Positions 1 to 9,429 of a stretch of 32,000 nucleotides of DNA are shown piece by piece. Both the position numbers and the translations under genes were made by a program. Source of the DNA: Burkholderiales bacterium. GTDB lineage: Bacteria; Pseudomonadota; Gammaproteobacteria; Burkholderiales; JAEUOS01. Below the pieces are notes generated by a model. The model worked only from the letters and a program-made list of their open reading frames with translations, had not been told where the DNA came from and searched no databases. The DNA lies in the NCBI GenBank assembly GCA_031362865.1, contig JANLTH010000107.1, forward strand, positions 33,033-65,032, in the 5' to 3' direction. Within the stretch, counting starts at the first letter, position 1. Each line of letters opens with the position of its first letter.

Positions 1-1795
1 CGAAATCGGTTTTGCCGTGATCGCGATGACGATCACCTTGGCGGCGGTCTATGCGCCAGTCGCTTTTATGACTGGACGTACCGGCAAGCTCTTTATCGAA
101 TTCGCTTTGACGCTGGCAGGTGCAGTGCTGGTCTCAGGCTTCGTGGCGCTCACGCTTACCCCGATGATGTGCTCGGTGATGCTCAAACACGACACGCGCC
201 ACGGCTGGCTCTACAACCAGACTGAGCGCTTTTTCAACTGGATGAACCGCGCCTATCGCGCCAGTTTGAGTGTGGCAATTCGCGGCTGGTGGGCGGTGTT
301 GCTGGTGGGCCTGGGCGTGGCGGCAGGCAGCGTGTTTTTCTTCAAGAGCTTGAAGCAAGAGTTGTCGCCGGTCGAAGATCGCGGTGTGATTGTGGCGGTG
401 ATGGTGGGGCCGGAAGGTGCCACGATTGATAACACCGCGCGCTATGCGCAGCGGCTGGAAAACATCGTCAAAAACACCAAAGATGTGGCGAGCTATTTCG
501 TTGTTGCAGGCTTCCCGTCTGTGTCACAAGGCATCTCCTTTATCCGCTTTGACGACTGGGCCGTGCGTACCCGAAAAACGGTCGATATTGCCAAAGAGCT
601 GCAGCCCAAGTTTTTTGGCGGTCTGCCGGGCATTTTGGCTTTTCCAATTACTCCGGCCTCGCTCGGCCAAAGCCCGCGCGACAAGCCGGTGCAGTTCGTC
701 ATCGTCACTTCGTTGGACCGCGAAAAATTGGAGCCGGTGATTGCTCGCATGGTGGGTGAAGCTGCGCGCAACCCGGGCTTGCAAGCGCTCGAATCGGATC
801 TGCGCTTAAACAAGCCGGAAATTCGCGTGAAAGTTGACCGTGATCGCGCCACCGACGCCGGAGTGCAGATCGACACCGTGGGCCGCACTCTGGAAACCAT
901 GCTGGGCGGCCGGCAGGTGACCCGCTTCAAGCAAAACGGCGAGCAGTACGACGTAATCGTGCAGGTGGGCGCGAACGATCGCAATACGCCCGACGACATC
1001 TCCAACATTTTCGTGCGCGGGCGTAACGACGCGATGGTGCCGCTGGCACACCTGGTGGACCTGAAAGAGACCGTCGCGCCGCGTGAATATAACCGCTTCG
1101 GGCAGCGCATCGCCGCCACCATTTCGGCCAACTTAGCCCCGGGCTACACGCTAGGCGAAGCGCTCGCCTTCCTTGAAGAGAGCGCAGCGCGCAATCTCCC
1201 GGCTGGCACGGCCTATGACTACAACGGCCAGTCGCGCGAATTCCGCGATTCCGCCTCGGGATTGGCGATCACTTTTTTGCTGGCGCTTGCCTTCATTTAT
1301 CTGGTGTTGGCCGCACAATTTGAGAGCTTTGTCGATCCTTTCATCATCATGCTCACCGTACCGCTCTCGATGACTGGCGCACTGGCAGCGCTCTTGTGGA
1401 GCGGCGGCACGCTCAACGTGTACAGCCAAATCGGCCTGGTGACGCTGGTCGGGCTCATCACCAAGCACGGCATCTTGATCGTGGAGTTCGCAAACCAGTT
1501 GCAAGATGCCGGAAGAAGCAAGCTGGACGCGGTTCTTGAAGCATCGACCCTGCGCTTAAGGCCGATTTTGATGACCACCGGGGCGATGGTGCTAGGTGCG
1601 ATTCCGCTGGCGCTGGCGCGCGGTGCAGGGGCCGAGAGCCGCTCGCAAATTGGCTGGGTGATCGTCGGCGGGTTGATGCTGGGGACGGTGCTAACGCTGT
1701 TTGTGGTGCCAACGGTATATTCGCTGTTGGCGCGGTCACGCAATGCGACCAAAACGCGGGTGGTTTCTGGTGAACTCGCACCCGGCGTACGCTAA
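1..1795 (+). CDS. RND-family efflux transporter permease subunit (AcrB/MdtB/MdtC-like), C-terminal ~590 aa; 5' end lies outside the window
   Basis: Frame is open from the window edge (pos 2) to TAA at 1793-1795. Translation alternates a large periplasmic loop with hydrophobic TM bundles and has typical RND segments (VIAMTITLAAVYAPVAFM, GLVTLVGLITKHGILIVEFAN, RLRPILMTTGAMVLGAIPLA). Confidence 0.9.
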   Translation, partial: EIGFAVIAMTITLAAVYAPVAFMTGRTGKLFIEFALTLAGAVLVSGFVALTLTPMMCSVMLKHDTRHGWLYNQTERFFNWMNRAYRASLSVAIRGWWAVLLVGLGVAAGSVFFFKSLKQELSPVEDRGVIVAVMVGPEGATIDNTARYAQRLENIVKNTKDVASYFVVAGFPSVSQGISFIRFDDWAVRTRKTVDIAKELQPKFFGGLPGILAFPITPASLGQSPRDKPVQFVIVTSLDREKLEPVIARMVGEAARNPGLQALESDLRLNKPEIRVKVDRDRATDAGVQIDTVGRTLETMLGGRQVTRFKQNGEQYDVIVQVGANDRNTPDDISNIFVRGRNDAMVPLAHLVDLKETVAPREYNRFGQRIAATISANLAPGYTLGEALAFLEESAARNLPAGTAYDYNGQSREFRDSASGLAITFLLALAFIYLVLAAQFESFVDPFIIMLTVPLSMTGALAALLWSGGTLNVYSQIGLVTLVGLITKHGILIVEFANQLQDAGRSKLDAVLEASTLRLRPILMTTGAMVLGAIPLALARGAGAESRSQIGWVIVGGLMLGTVLTLFVVPTVYSLLARSRNATKTRVVSGELAPGVR

Positions 1796-1807
1796 AGCAG
1801 CGCGGCG

Positions 1808-4009
1808 CTACCGCGAAATTTGCCCAAACGCCGTTGGCGCGGGCGGTGGATAGAGTTTTTGCGCACTACCCAATTGCTCATTTGCGAGCAAAAACTCTCT
1901 TGAACTGGTGCGGCGGACACCTTCACTGAGGGCGATGCCGCTTAAGGCCAGCGACTTGAGTGCGTCTTTTCCGGCTGGTGTTGAATCCACCGTCCAGAAT
2001 GCGTTGGTGAGCCGCTCGGCTGCGGCTGGCGGTGTGCCTGGCCCCAGCGCAATGCCGTAGCCGGGAAAGGGCGCGCTGGTGCCGACGCTGCGCAACTTTT
2101 TGTTTGCCAAGGCGCTGGCCGCATCCGGATTGCCTTCAGTGATAGCGATGACATCAATCGTGTTGCGCAGCAGCGCCTGAATCGCTTCGTCTTGGTGGCG
2201 CATTTCGGTGAATGAGGCAAATGACCCCGGAAATTGATAGCCTTGATCAGCCAGCGCCTGCACCGACATCGGCCCCATCGAGGTGGAGCGGCTTTGCACG
2301 CCCAGTCGCAGGCCCTTGAGGTCGGCCAGACTTTTGGCCGGGCTATCGTCGCGCACCAAAAATTGCGCCACTTGGTCTGGCGATTTGCCGACCACCGCGA
2401 AGCCGTGGCTGCGCAGCATCGGGGCGATTTGGTCGAGTGGCGCGGTAATGAGGTCGTAACTGGGGGCGGCGCTGCCGTCGGAGCTGGATAGAAAATCGCT
2501 GACGATGACCATTTCGAGCTGCACTTTTGCCAGCTGCTCCAACTCCGTGACAAGAGGGGTAAACAGAGCCTTGATTTGCAGCGGATCGCCGTCGCGCGCA
2601 CCTCGCGGGATGACACCCCAGCGCAGCGGTCGCGTGAGCTGCTGGCGCTGATACAGCGCATACCCGCCGCCGATTGCGGCAAGGGCGGCCACGGCGGCTG
2701 CGGCGAGCGCAAAATTGCGGCGCGCGGCGATTGGCTTGAGGCTGGTGGGCCCAGGTGTACTGGCGGCCTGGGCTGACGCTTCCGGTGATCCTGACATCCT
2801 CGAGCCGCTCGATTCGCTCGACGGCCCAAGTGCTTGCATGGTGCCAGGTGCTTCGCCACCAGTTCCACCCTTCGTCGCACTGGGCGAGCTACGGGGCGGT
2901 TGCGATTTAAGCCCCGCACCCGACAGCGCGGCAGCGCGAGTCGGCGGTATGCTCACAGGCGCGGGCATGGTGGTCGCCATCCACTCATCGGCCTGCAAGG
3001 CGTAGAGCACGCTTTTGACGTCTTGCGGGCGCTGGTACTCGTCGGGGCTGAGCATGCGGTCTGTCAGCGCCAGAAACGCCGGGCTGTACTTGCCTGCACC
3101 AATCGTGGTCGCCGGGATCTGCGGGTCGGTATGGACCCGCGCCGCCGCCTCCACCGGTTTTTCTCCACTGATGAGCCAATACCACACCCCGCCCATCGCG
3201 TAAATGTCAGACCACGCCCCTTGCCGACCATGCGCGTGATACTGCTCAAACGGTGCGAAGCCGGGCGAAACGATACTGGTCAGGCCGGAGGTGCTGGTAC
3301 CTTCAGGTGTGCGCCGCGCCGCGCCGAAATCGAGCAACACCAGGCTGCCGTCTTCATCGCGCACATAAATATTGGCCGGTTTGATGTCGCGATGCAAAAA
3401 GCCCACTGCATGCACCTTGGTCAGGCCGTCGAGCAGCGGTGTGAACATCTGCTTCATCGCCGCCTCGCCGGGCGCCCCTAAGCCCCGCTCGATACGCTCG
3501 CGCATCCAGTGATGCAAAGAACGGCCAACTTCGTAGTCCATCACCATATACGCGGTGCGATTGGCCTCGAAGAAGCGTGTCACCCGAACAATATTGCGAT
3601 GGCGGAAGGTGGCAAGGGTGCGCGATTCGGCCAGGAATCGCTGTAGACCACCGACAAATTGATCTTCAGAATCTTCGCTGCGCGCGTACACCGCCGGCCC
3701 GTCCAGGCTGCGCACACCTAAGCCTACGGGCAAGTACTCCTTGATCGCCACTTGCAGATTGAGCAGGGTGTCGTAGGCCAGATAGGAAATACCAAAGCCA
3801 CCGATGCCCAGCACGCTCTCGATGCGAAATTCGGCCAGCATGAAGCCTTTGGGCAAGGCATCGCGGTGCGCGGCGGCGCTCTGTGGGTCTTCACTGGCCC
3901 GCTTGAGCTGCGAATACGAAACCTCAGTGACCGCTGTCGCAAACAGCCTGCGCGCCGCCGATGGATCGCCGGAAGTGCGCGCGGGGTCAGCGGGTTTGGG
4001 CGTTTCCAT
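1808..4009 (-). CDS. Transmembrane Ser/Thr protein kinase fused to a PhnD-like (type 2 periplasmic binding protein) sensor domain
   Basis: Hanks kinase motifs: GIGGFGISY, VAIKEY, HRDIKPANIY, DFGAAR, SPGFAPFEQ. These are followed by a Pro/Ser-rich linker and one TM helix (FALAAAAVAALAAIGGGYALY). The C-terminal ~260 aa resemble phosphonate-type binding proteins (DSPAKSLADLKGLRLGVQSRSTSMGPM). The ORF track opens at GTG 4078; ATG 4009 (METPKP...) is the more likely start. Confidence 0.85.
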   Translation of the reverse strand: METPKPADPARTSGDPSAARRLFATAVTEVSYSQLKRASEDPQSAAAHRDALPKGFMLAEFRIESVLGIGGFGISYLAYDTLLNLQVAIKEYLPVGLGVRSLDGPAVYARSEDSEDQFVGGLQRFLAESRTLATFRHRNIVRVTRFFEANRTAYMVMDYEVGRSLHHWMRERIERGLGAPGEAAMKQMFTPLLDGLTKVHAVGFLHRDIKPANIYVRDEDGSLVLLDFGAARRTPEGTSTSGLTSIVSPGFAPFEQYHAHGRQGAWSDIYAMGGVWYWLISGEKPVEAAARVHTDPQIPATTIGAGKYSPAFLALTDRMLSPDEYQRPQDVKSVLYALQADEWMATTMPAPVSIPPTRAAALSGAGLKSQPPRSSPSATKGGTGGEAPGTMQALGPSSESSGSRMSGSPEASAQAASTPGPTSLKPIAARRNFALAAAAVAALAAIGGGYALYQRQQLTRPLRWGVIPRGARDGDPLQIKALFTPLVTELEQLAKVQLEMVIVSDFLSSSDGSAAPSYDLITAPLDQIAPMLRSHGFAVVGKSPDQVAQFLVRDDSPAKSLADLKGLRLGVQSRSTSMGPMSVQALADQGYQFPGSFASFTEMRHQDEAIQALLRNTIDVIAITEGNPDAASALANKKLRSVGTSAPFPGYGIALGPGTPPAAAERLTNAFWTVDSTPAGKDALKSLALSGIALSEGVRRTSSREFLLANEQLGSAQKLYPPPAPTAFGQISR

Positions 4010-4199
4010 TAAGGCGGGTGGGGCGAGGGAGATTGGCGGGATTGTTAAAAGTTGATTCGGAAGCGAGTATAGCCACACTCTCTAGAGCAAATGCGCTTTC
4101 TTACAAGTCTGTCATCCGGGCGTTAGCGTTTGGTTATGGAGCGTCATCACACTGTTTTCCTCAAGTCGCTGATGGTCAACATTTTTCCCGGAGAACCTT

Positions 4200-5003
4200 A
4201 TGCCAGACCAATCCACCTACGTGTCAATCGCTCGTCGCACCTGGCTTAAGGGCCTATGCGCGCTACCCGCATTGAGCGGTGTGGCGGCGCTCTCGGCCTT
4301 TGCCCAGGGCACGCCGCACTCGCTAGCCTCACGTTTTGTCGGTGGGGCGCGCGCTTGGGTGGAAGGCGATTGGCTGCATGTGGGCACGCGCGCCGTGCCC
4401 GACCATGGCAGCCCGTATTTTCCGGCGGGTGATTCGCGCCAAGAAGCCTTTCAAGGCAGCAATCCGATGGGCCACCGTTTTCACCACTCACCAGCGCAAA
4501 TCGCGCCACACGACATGGTGTTGCGGATTCCGCTGAAGCCAGAACGTGCCGCCGCGGTGATGCGCACGCCAATGGGGCCGATTGGCGTGGCCCTGAACGG
4601 TGTGCCGTTTTTCAACCAATATGCGGGCAACGGGCAAAGCTTGTCGCACGAAATCGTCTCGTTCGACCAATACAACGGCCACCCCACGCCGCACGGCATG
4701 TATCACTATCACGCTGAGCCTGCGGCGCTGACCAAACGCTTGGGGCGCGATGCGCTCTTGGGCTTTCTGCTCGATGGCTTTCCGGTCTATGGCGGCATCG
4801 AAAATGGCCGCGAAGTGCGCAATGCCGACCTCGACGAGTGCCACGGCCACAGCCGCGCCACCAAAGACTTTCCCGCAGGCATTTACCACTATCACACCAC
4901 GATGCAAGAGCCGTACTTGAATGGGCGTGGCTTTTATGGGCAGCGCGGGCAGATCATTCGCGCCTCGTTTGATCCCGCAGAGGTGTTCTGCGCGACAGCG
5001 TAG
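4200..5003 (+). CDS. YHYH-domain protein with twin-arginine (Tat) signal peptide
   Basis: N-terminus SIARRTWLKGLCALPALSGVAALSAFAQG matches the Tat motif (RRxWLK). Two YHYH motifs are present (GMYHYHAEP, GIYHYHTT). GGAGAA Shine-Dalgarno lies just upstream of ATG 4200. Confidence 0.8.
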   Translation: MPDQSTYVSIARRTWLKGLCALPALSGVAALSAFAQGTPHSLASRFVGGARAWVEGDWLHVGTRAVPDHGSPYFPAGDSRQEAFQGSNPMGHRFHHSPAQIAPHDMVLRIPLKPERAAAVMRTPMGPIGVALNGVPFFNQYAGNGQSLSHEIVSFDQYNGHPTPHGMYHYHAEPAALTKRLGRDALLGFLLDGFPVYGGIENGREVRNADLDECHGHSRATKDFPAGIYHYHTTMQEPYLNGRGFYGQRGQIIRASFDPAEVFCATA

Positions 5004-5032
5004 CAGCGTAGCAGCGTAGTAGCGTAGTAGCG
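4997..5032. repeat. 8-bp tandem repeat AGCGTAG(C/T), 4 full copies plus a partial one
   Basis: agcgtagc agcgtagc agcgtagt agcgtagt agcg, read directly. The first copy contains the TAG stop of the YHYH gene. The repeat lies in the gap between convergent genes. Confidence 0.9.
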
Positions 5033-5101
5033 CGAGCCACGGTGCTCGCAGGAGTACCACGGTCGCGCGCACGGCGGCTCGCCCTACTGGCTAAAGTGGC
5101 C

Positions 5102-7903
5102 TCAGCCGCTGTTGCGTAAACCCGCCGCCACGCCATTGATCGACATGTGAATCCCGCGTTTAACGCGCTCGTCCACCGGCTTGCCGTCGGCCATCATGCG
5201 GCGATGGCGGCGAAGCAGCTCGACTTGCAGGTGATTGAGCGGGTCGAGATAGGCGAAGCGGTTGCGGATTGACCGTTTGAGCAGCGGATTGCCTTCCAGC
5301 AATTCGCGCTGCTTCAAGATGCTGTTGACGGCATTGCGGGTCAATTCCCACTCTTCGCGGATGCGCGCGAAGATGCGTTTGGCCAGGCGCTTGTCTTTGA
5401 CCAGCTCGGCATAACGCGATGCCACCGCCATGTCGCTTTTAGCGAGCAACATGTCGAGGTTGGACATGAGCGCACGGAAAAACGGCCATTCTTCGTTCAT
5501 CAGGCTCAAGCGCTTGATGCCGTCGCGCGGGTGCTGCTCGATGTAAGCCGCAATCGCGCTTCCCACGCCGTACCAGCCAGGCAACATCACCCGCGCCTGT
5601 GCCCATGAAAAAACCCACGGAATCGCGCGTAAATCTTCAATTCGCGAGGACGGTTTGCGTGACGCGGGGCGGCTGCCGATATTGAGTTCAGCGATCTCGG
5701 CAATCGGGGTGGACTGAAAGAAATAGTCGGTAAAGCCCGGTGTTTCATAGACCAAATTGCGATAAGCGCGGTGGGCGTGGTCTGAGAGCAGCTCCATCGC
5801 GCGGGTGTATTCCTCATGCACCGGGACTGAAGGTGACCACGGCGTGCTTTGGTCGGCCAGCAGCGAAGCTTCGATGGTGGCGGCCACCAAGGTTTCCAGA
5901 TTGCGCCGCCCGTTTTCTGGATTGGCATATTTGGAAGCGATGATTTCGCCTTGCTCGGTCAAGCGGATTTGCCCGGCAACCGTGCCGGGCGGCTGCGCCA
6001 GCACCGCATCATAGGTGGGCCCACCGCCGCGCCCGACACTACCGCCGCGCCCGTGAAACAGGCGCAAGCGAATGCCGCGCGCCCCGAAGACTTCGCTCAA
6101 GCCGATTTCAGCGCGATACAGCGCCCAGGTCGAGGTGAGGTAGCCGCCATCTTTGTTGCTGTCTGAATAGCCCAGCATGATCTCTTGCGACGGCGCGGCT
6201 GATTGGCTGCCAAGCAGCGTTTTGATGAGCGGCAAGTCGAGCCACTGGGCCATGATTTGCGGCGCTGCCTCAAGGTCGGTGATCGATTCAAACAGCGGGA
6301 TCACGTTCATCACCAAATGGCGTGGCGACATCAGGCCGCCTTCTTTCAGCAGCACCAACACTTCGAGCAAGTCTGAGACTGACTCGCAGTGCGAAATGAT
6401 GTAGTTGGGCGCAGCGGCCGCGCCAAAGCGCGCATGCATGGCAGCAGCCATGTGGATGATGCCAAGCTCGCTTTGTGTTTCAGGCGCATAGGCCGCACCC
6501 CGAATCGCGAGCAGGCGCGGCTGGGTCAACTCCTTCAAGAGCAATGACTGGCGTGCTTCTTCAGGCAGCGCCGGGTAGTTATTTTCGACTTCGGCTAAGC
6601 GCAGCAGCTCGGCAATTGAGCGTTCGTGGGTTTCTGAGTTTTGCCGCAAATCGACCGGAGCCAAGTGAAAGCCAAACACCTGCACGGCGCGCACCAGCGG
6701 GCGCACTTTGAGCGCCACCACGCTGCCTGCGCCATAGCGTTCGAGCGACTCGGCAATTGTTTCCAGGTCGCGTGCCAATTCGTCGGGTGTGGAATAGCGC
6801 GGTGCGGCACCGACTGCCTGGCGCACAACCGGCGGCAGGCCCAAGGCGGCCGCAGTTGCAGCCAAGCGTGCGTAAATGCCGATCAGCGCGCGGCGATACG
6901 GTTCGTCTTGCCGGTGCGGCGAGGTGTCGGGCGACACATGCGAGAGCGCTTGCAACGCCGGGGTCACGCCCACCAAGAGGGTAGAGATGGCCAGGCGTGC
7001 GCCCAGCGCATGCACTTCGCTCAGATAGTGTTCAAAAATCAATTCCGCACCGCGCGTGAGTGCGCGTTGCAGCGTGGCGGCGTTGACATTCGGGTTGCCG
7101 TCGCGGTCGCCGCCAATCCAGGTGCCCACGCGCATAAAGGTGGGCACTCGGTCCAGCTCGGCCCGTTGGGCTTGCGGCGGGCGCGGCAGGGTCGCCAAGC
7201 GCGCCTCGAGCTCGGCGTAGAGCTTGGGCAATTCGGCCAAAAAGGTGTAGCGAAAGTAGGCGTGACCATTTTCGATTTCGTCGGCCACAGTCAGCTTGGC
7301 ATCGCGCAGCATGCGGGTTTGCCACAGGGTCATCACGTGGGCGCGCATTTGCGTGTCGAGGTCGGCTTCTTCGTCTGGCGTGAGGGTGACCCGGTCGCGC
7401 CAGTCGAGCAGGCGTGCCACTTCGAGCTCGAGATCGAGAATGCTCTTGCGCTGCACTTCGGTGGGGTGAGCAGTTAGCACCGGCACGACCAGCGCGCCTT
7501 CGAGCAGTGCTTTGACGGCTTTGGCTGGTACTTTGGCCGCCTTCAGTTGGGCGAACGTATGTTCGAGCGAACCTTCTCGCGCGGGCGAGCCAGTCAAGCG
7601 ATGCGCCCGGCGGCGGCGGAAATGATGCTGGTCTTCGGCAATATTGGCCAGGTGCGAAAAGTACGAAAACGCCCGCACCACCGACACGGTTTGATCGCGT
7701 GTGAGCCGGTCGAGCAATTTGCTTAAGGTGGCGCGCGCGGTTTCGTCGGCATCGCGGCGGAATCTGACGGCCAACTGGCGAATTTCTTCGACCCGCGCGA
7801 ACATCGCCTCGCCTTCTTGCGCTTTGAGGGTGTCGCCCAGAATGCGCCCCAAGAGGCGGATGTCGGCTTTGAGCGGTAGGTCTTTGTCAGGAAGGGTGCT
7901 CAT
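5102..7903 (-). CDS. ppc: Phosphoenolpyruvate carboxylase
   Basis: 933 aa with hallmark PEPC motifs: VLTAHPTE, GYSDSNKDGG, FHGRGGSVGRGGGP and a C-terminal ...GLRNSG. Confidence 0.97.
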   Translation of the reverse strand: MSTLPDKDLPLKADIRLLGRILGDTLKAQEGEAMFARVEEIRQLAVRFRRDADETARATLSKLLDRLTRDQTVSVVRAFSYFSHLANIAEDQHHFRRRRAHRLTGSPAREGSLEHTFAQLKAAKVPAKAVKALLEGALVVPVLTAHPTEVQRKSILDLELEVARLLDWRDRVTLTPDEEADLDTQMRAHVMTLWQTRMLRDAKLTVADEIENGHAYFRYTFLAELPKLYAELEARLATLPRPPQAQRAELDRVPTFMRVGTWIGGDRDGNPNVNAATLQRALTRGAELIFEHYLSEVHALGARLAISTLLVGVTPALQALSHVSPDTSPHRQDEPYRRALIGIYARLAATAAALGLPPVVRQAVGAAPRYSTPDELARDLETIAESLERYGAGSVVALKVRPLVRAVQVFGFHLAPVDLRQNSETHERSIAELLRLAEVENNYPALPEEARQSLLLKELTQPRLLAIRGAAYAPETQSELGIIHMAAAMHARFGAAAAPNYIISHCESVSDLLEVLVLLKEGGLMSPRHLVMNVIPLFESITDLEAAPQIMAQWLDLPLIKTLLGSQSAAPSQEIMLGYSDSNKDGGYLTSTWALYRAEIGLSEVFGARGIRLRLFHGRGGSVGRGGGPTYDAVLAQPPGTVAGQIRLTEQGEIIASKYANPENGRRNLETLVAATIEASLLADQSTPWSPSVPVHEEYTRAMELLSDHAHRAYRNLVYETPGFTDYFFQSTPIAEIAELNIGSRPASRKPSSRIEDLRAIPWVFSWAQARVMLPGWYGVGSAIAAYIEQHPRDGIKRLSLMNEEWPFFRALMSNLDMLLAKSDMAVASRYAELVKDKRLAKRIFARIREEWELTRNAVNSILKQRELLEGNPLLKRSIRNRFAYLDPLNHLQVELLRRHRRMMADGKPVDERVKRGIHMSINGVAAGLRNSG

Positions 7904-8460
7904 TGGGGAGTCTTGGGTGGCACGGCAGGGGCGGGGATTGGTGTACTGAGGAGGGCTTGCGCCCGGGCGATGGCTTCGTCGATGTAGGCTTGGTAGAAAT
8001 CCGGAAGTTGCAGGCCTTCAATCGGTTCCACCAGCAGCTTGCCCGAACCATCGACAATCACGATCGTCGGGAAGACGCGCACGCCGTAGCGTTTGGAGAT
8101 GCTCAGCGGCGTGGTTTGCGAACCATCAGGCCGACGCACCAGAGGTAGTGTTCCCGTTGCCAACTCACGCAGCAATAAGGGTTTACCCACCCCCGGTTTT
8201 GACACCGAATTTTCTGCCGCTTCGCGCGCCATCGGGGCGAAAAACTCGCGCCGCGCCTTCTCGCAAAACGGGCAGTTTGGCTGGGTGACAAAAAGCACCA
8301 GCGGCACATTGTCGCGCGCGGCTGCGCGCAGGTCAGCCCCCAAATCGTGGGTAATCACCGGCATTGCCAGCGCCAACCCAGTCCACCAGCAAAACAGGGC
8401 TGTCGCTGTGAATGCGCCGCTTAAAATCTTGCTGCTAATCTTTAACCTTACTCGCCTCAT
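7900..8460 (-). CDS. Secreted thioredoxin-fold protein (CPFC motif)
   Basis: N-terminal signal peptide ([32 protein letters not shown]), a CxxC motif (NCPFCEKAR) and thioredoxin-like length. Its stop overlaps the ppc start as ATGA. Confidence 0.7.
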   Translation of the reverse strand: MRRVRLKISSKILSGAFTATALFCWWTGLALAMPVITHDLGADLRAAARDNVPLVLFVTQPNCPFCEKARREFFAPMAREAAENSVSKPGVGKPLLLRELATGTLPLVRRPDGSQTTPLSISKRYGVRVFPTIVIVDGSGKLLVEPIEGLQLPDFYQAYIDEAIARAQALLSTPIPAPAVPPKTPQ

Positions 8461-8474
8461 TCAGGGATTCTATT

Positions 8475-9416
8475 TTGCTTGAGCTCTCGCCCCGGTCACT
8501 CGTCATCGCTTCACGTGAAAGCCGCCTTGCTTTGTGGCAAGCCGAGTTTGTCAAAGCCAAGCTCGAAGCGCTCTACCCGCAATGCCAAGTGAGCATTTTG
8601 GGCATGACGACGCAAGGCGACCAGATTTTGGATAGAACCTTGTCCAAGATCGGCGGCAAAGGCCTTTTTGTTAAAGAGTTGGAAGCGGCGCTTGCCGATG
8701 GCCAGGCCCACCTCGCGGTGCATTCGTGCAAAGACGTGCCGGTGTTGATGGACCCGCAATTCGCGCTACCGGTGATTCTGCGCCGTGAGGACCCGCGCGA
8801 CGCTTGGGTTTCGAGCCGTTATGCCGGCCCGGCTGAGATGCCTGCCGGGGCCGTCGTGGGCACCTCCAGCTTGCGTCGTGAAGCGCAGTTGCGGTCGCGC
8901 TTTGCGCACCTCAAGGTCTTGCCCCTTCGCGGAAATCTCGATACGCGGTTGCGCAAGCTCGACGAAGGTCAATACGATGCCATTGTGCTGGCGGCAGCCG
9001 GGTTGAAGCGCTTGGGCGCGGCTGACCGCATTCGCGCGATGCTGCCGCCAGCAGAATCTTTGCCCGCCGTAGGGCAGGGCGCGCTTGCGATTGAAATTCT
9101 CAGCCGTCGCGACGACGTGGCAGCGTGGCTGATGCCGCTGTCGGATCGTGATACCGCCACTTGTATCACGGCTGAGCGTACCGTGAGCCGTGCGTTGGGT
9201 GGCAGTTGCCAAGTGCCTCTGGCAGCTTACGCCGTGCCCGAAGGCAACACCTTGCGCCTGCGGGCGCTGGTGGCAGCCCCAGACGGCAGCCAAGTGCTGC
9301 GCGCTGAGCGTACCGGGCCGATTGGCATGCCAGAAGAACTTGGCCTTGCCGTGGCCGCGGACCTGCGCCGCGATGGCGCGGATCGCATTTTGGCCGCCGT
9401 TGCGGCTGTGCCTTGA
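8475..9416 (+). CDS. hemC: Hydroxymethylbilane synthase (porphobilinogen deaminase)
   Basis: [22 protein letters not shown] and the cofactor cysteine context [12 protein letters not shown]. The only in-frame start before the conserved N-terminus is TTG 8475. Confidence 0.93.
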   Translation: MLELSPRSLVIASRESRLALWQAEFVKAKLEALYPQCQVSILGMTTQGDQILDRTLSKIGGKGLFVKELEAALADGQAHLAVHSCKDVPVLMDPQFALPVILRREDPRDAWVSSRYAGPAEMPAGAVVGTSSLRREAQLRSRFAHLKVLPLRGNLDTRLRKLDEGQYDAIVLAAAGLKRLGAADRIRAMLPPAESLPAVGQGALAIEILSRRDDVAAWLMPLSDRDTATCITAERTVSRALGGSCQVPLAAYAVPEGNTLRLRALVAAPDGSQVLRAERTGPIGMPEELGLAVAADLRRDGADRILAAVAAVP

Positions 9417-9429
9417 GCCGACGACGGCG

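Noticed and set aside
4997-5032. Possible CRISPR-like or other spaced repeat arrays; the whole window was checked for them
   Set aside because: The only tandem array is this contiguous 8-bp repeat with no spacers. No 25-40-bp repeats with regular unique spacers occur anywhere, and no cas genes are present.
6641-7477. Long ORFs antisense to, or out of frame with, clear genes. Examples: 6641-7477 inside ppc, 1942-2919 inside the kinase, 8766-9671 and 9166-9804 across hemC/hemD, 10260-10748 in hemX, 27771-28580 and 29060-29647 in the SDR/MDR genes.
   Set aside because: Their translations are Arg/Ala/Pro/Gly-rich and motif-free, as expected for stop-poor alternative frames of high-GC coding DNA. 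Each lies entirely within a gene that has strong family signatures.
9190-9429. Upstream extension of hemD overlapping hemC by ~230 nt
   Set aside because: The translation is Cys/Trp/Arg-rich nonsense. The HemD-like sequence begins at MIILTRP (ATG 9430), just after the hemC stop.
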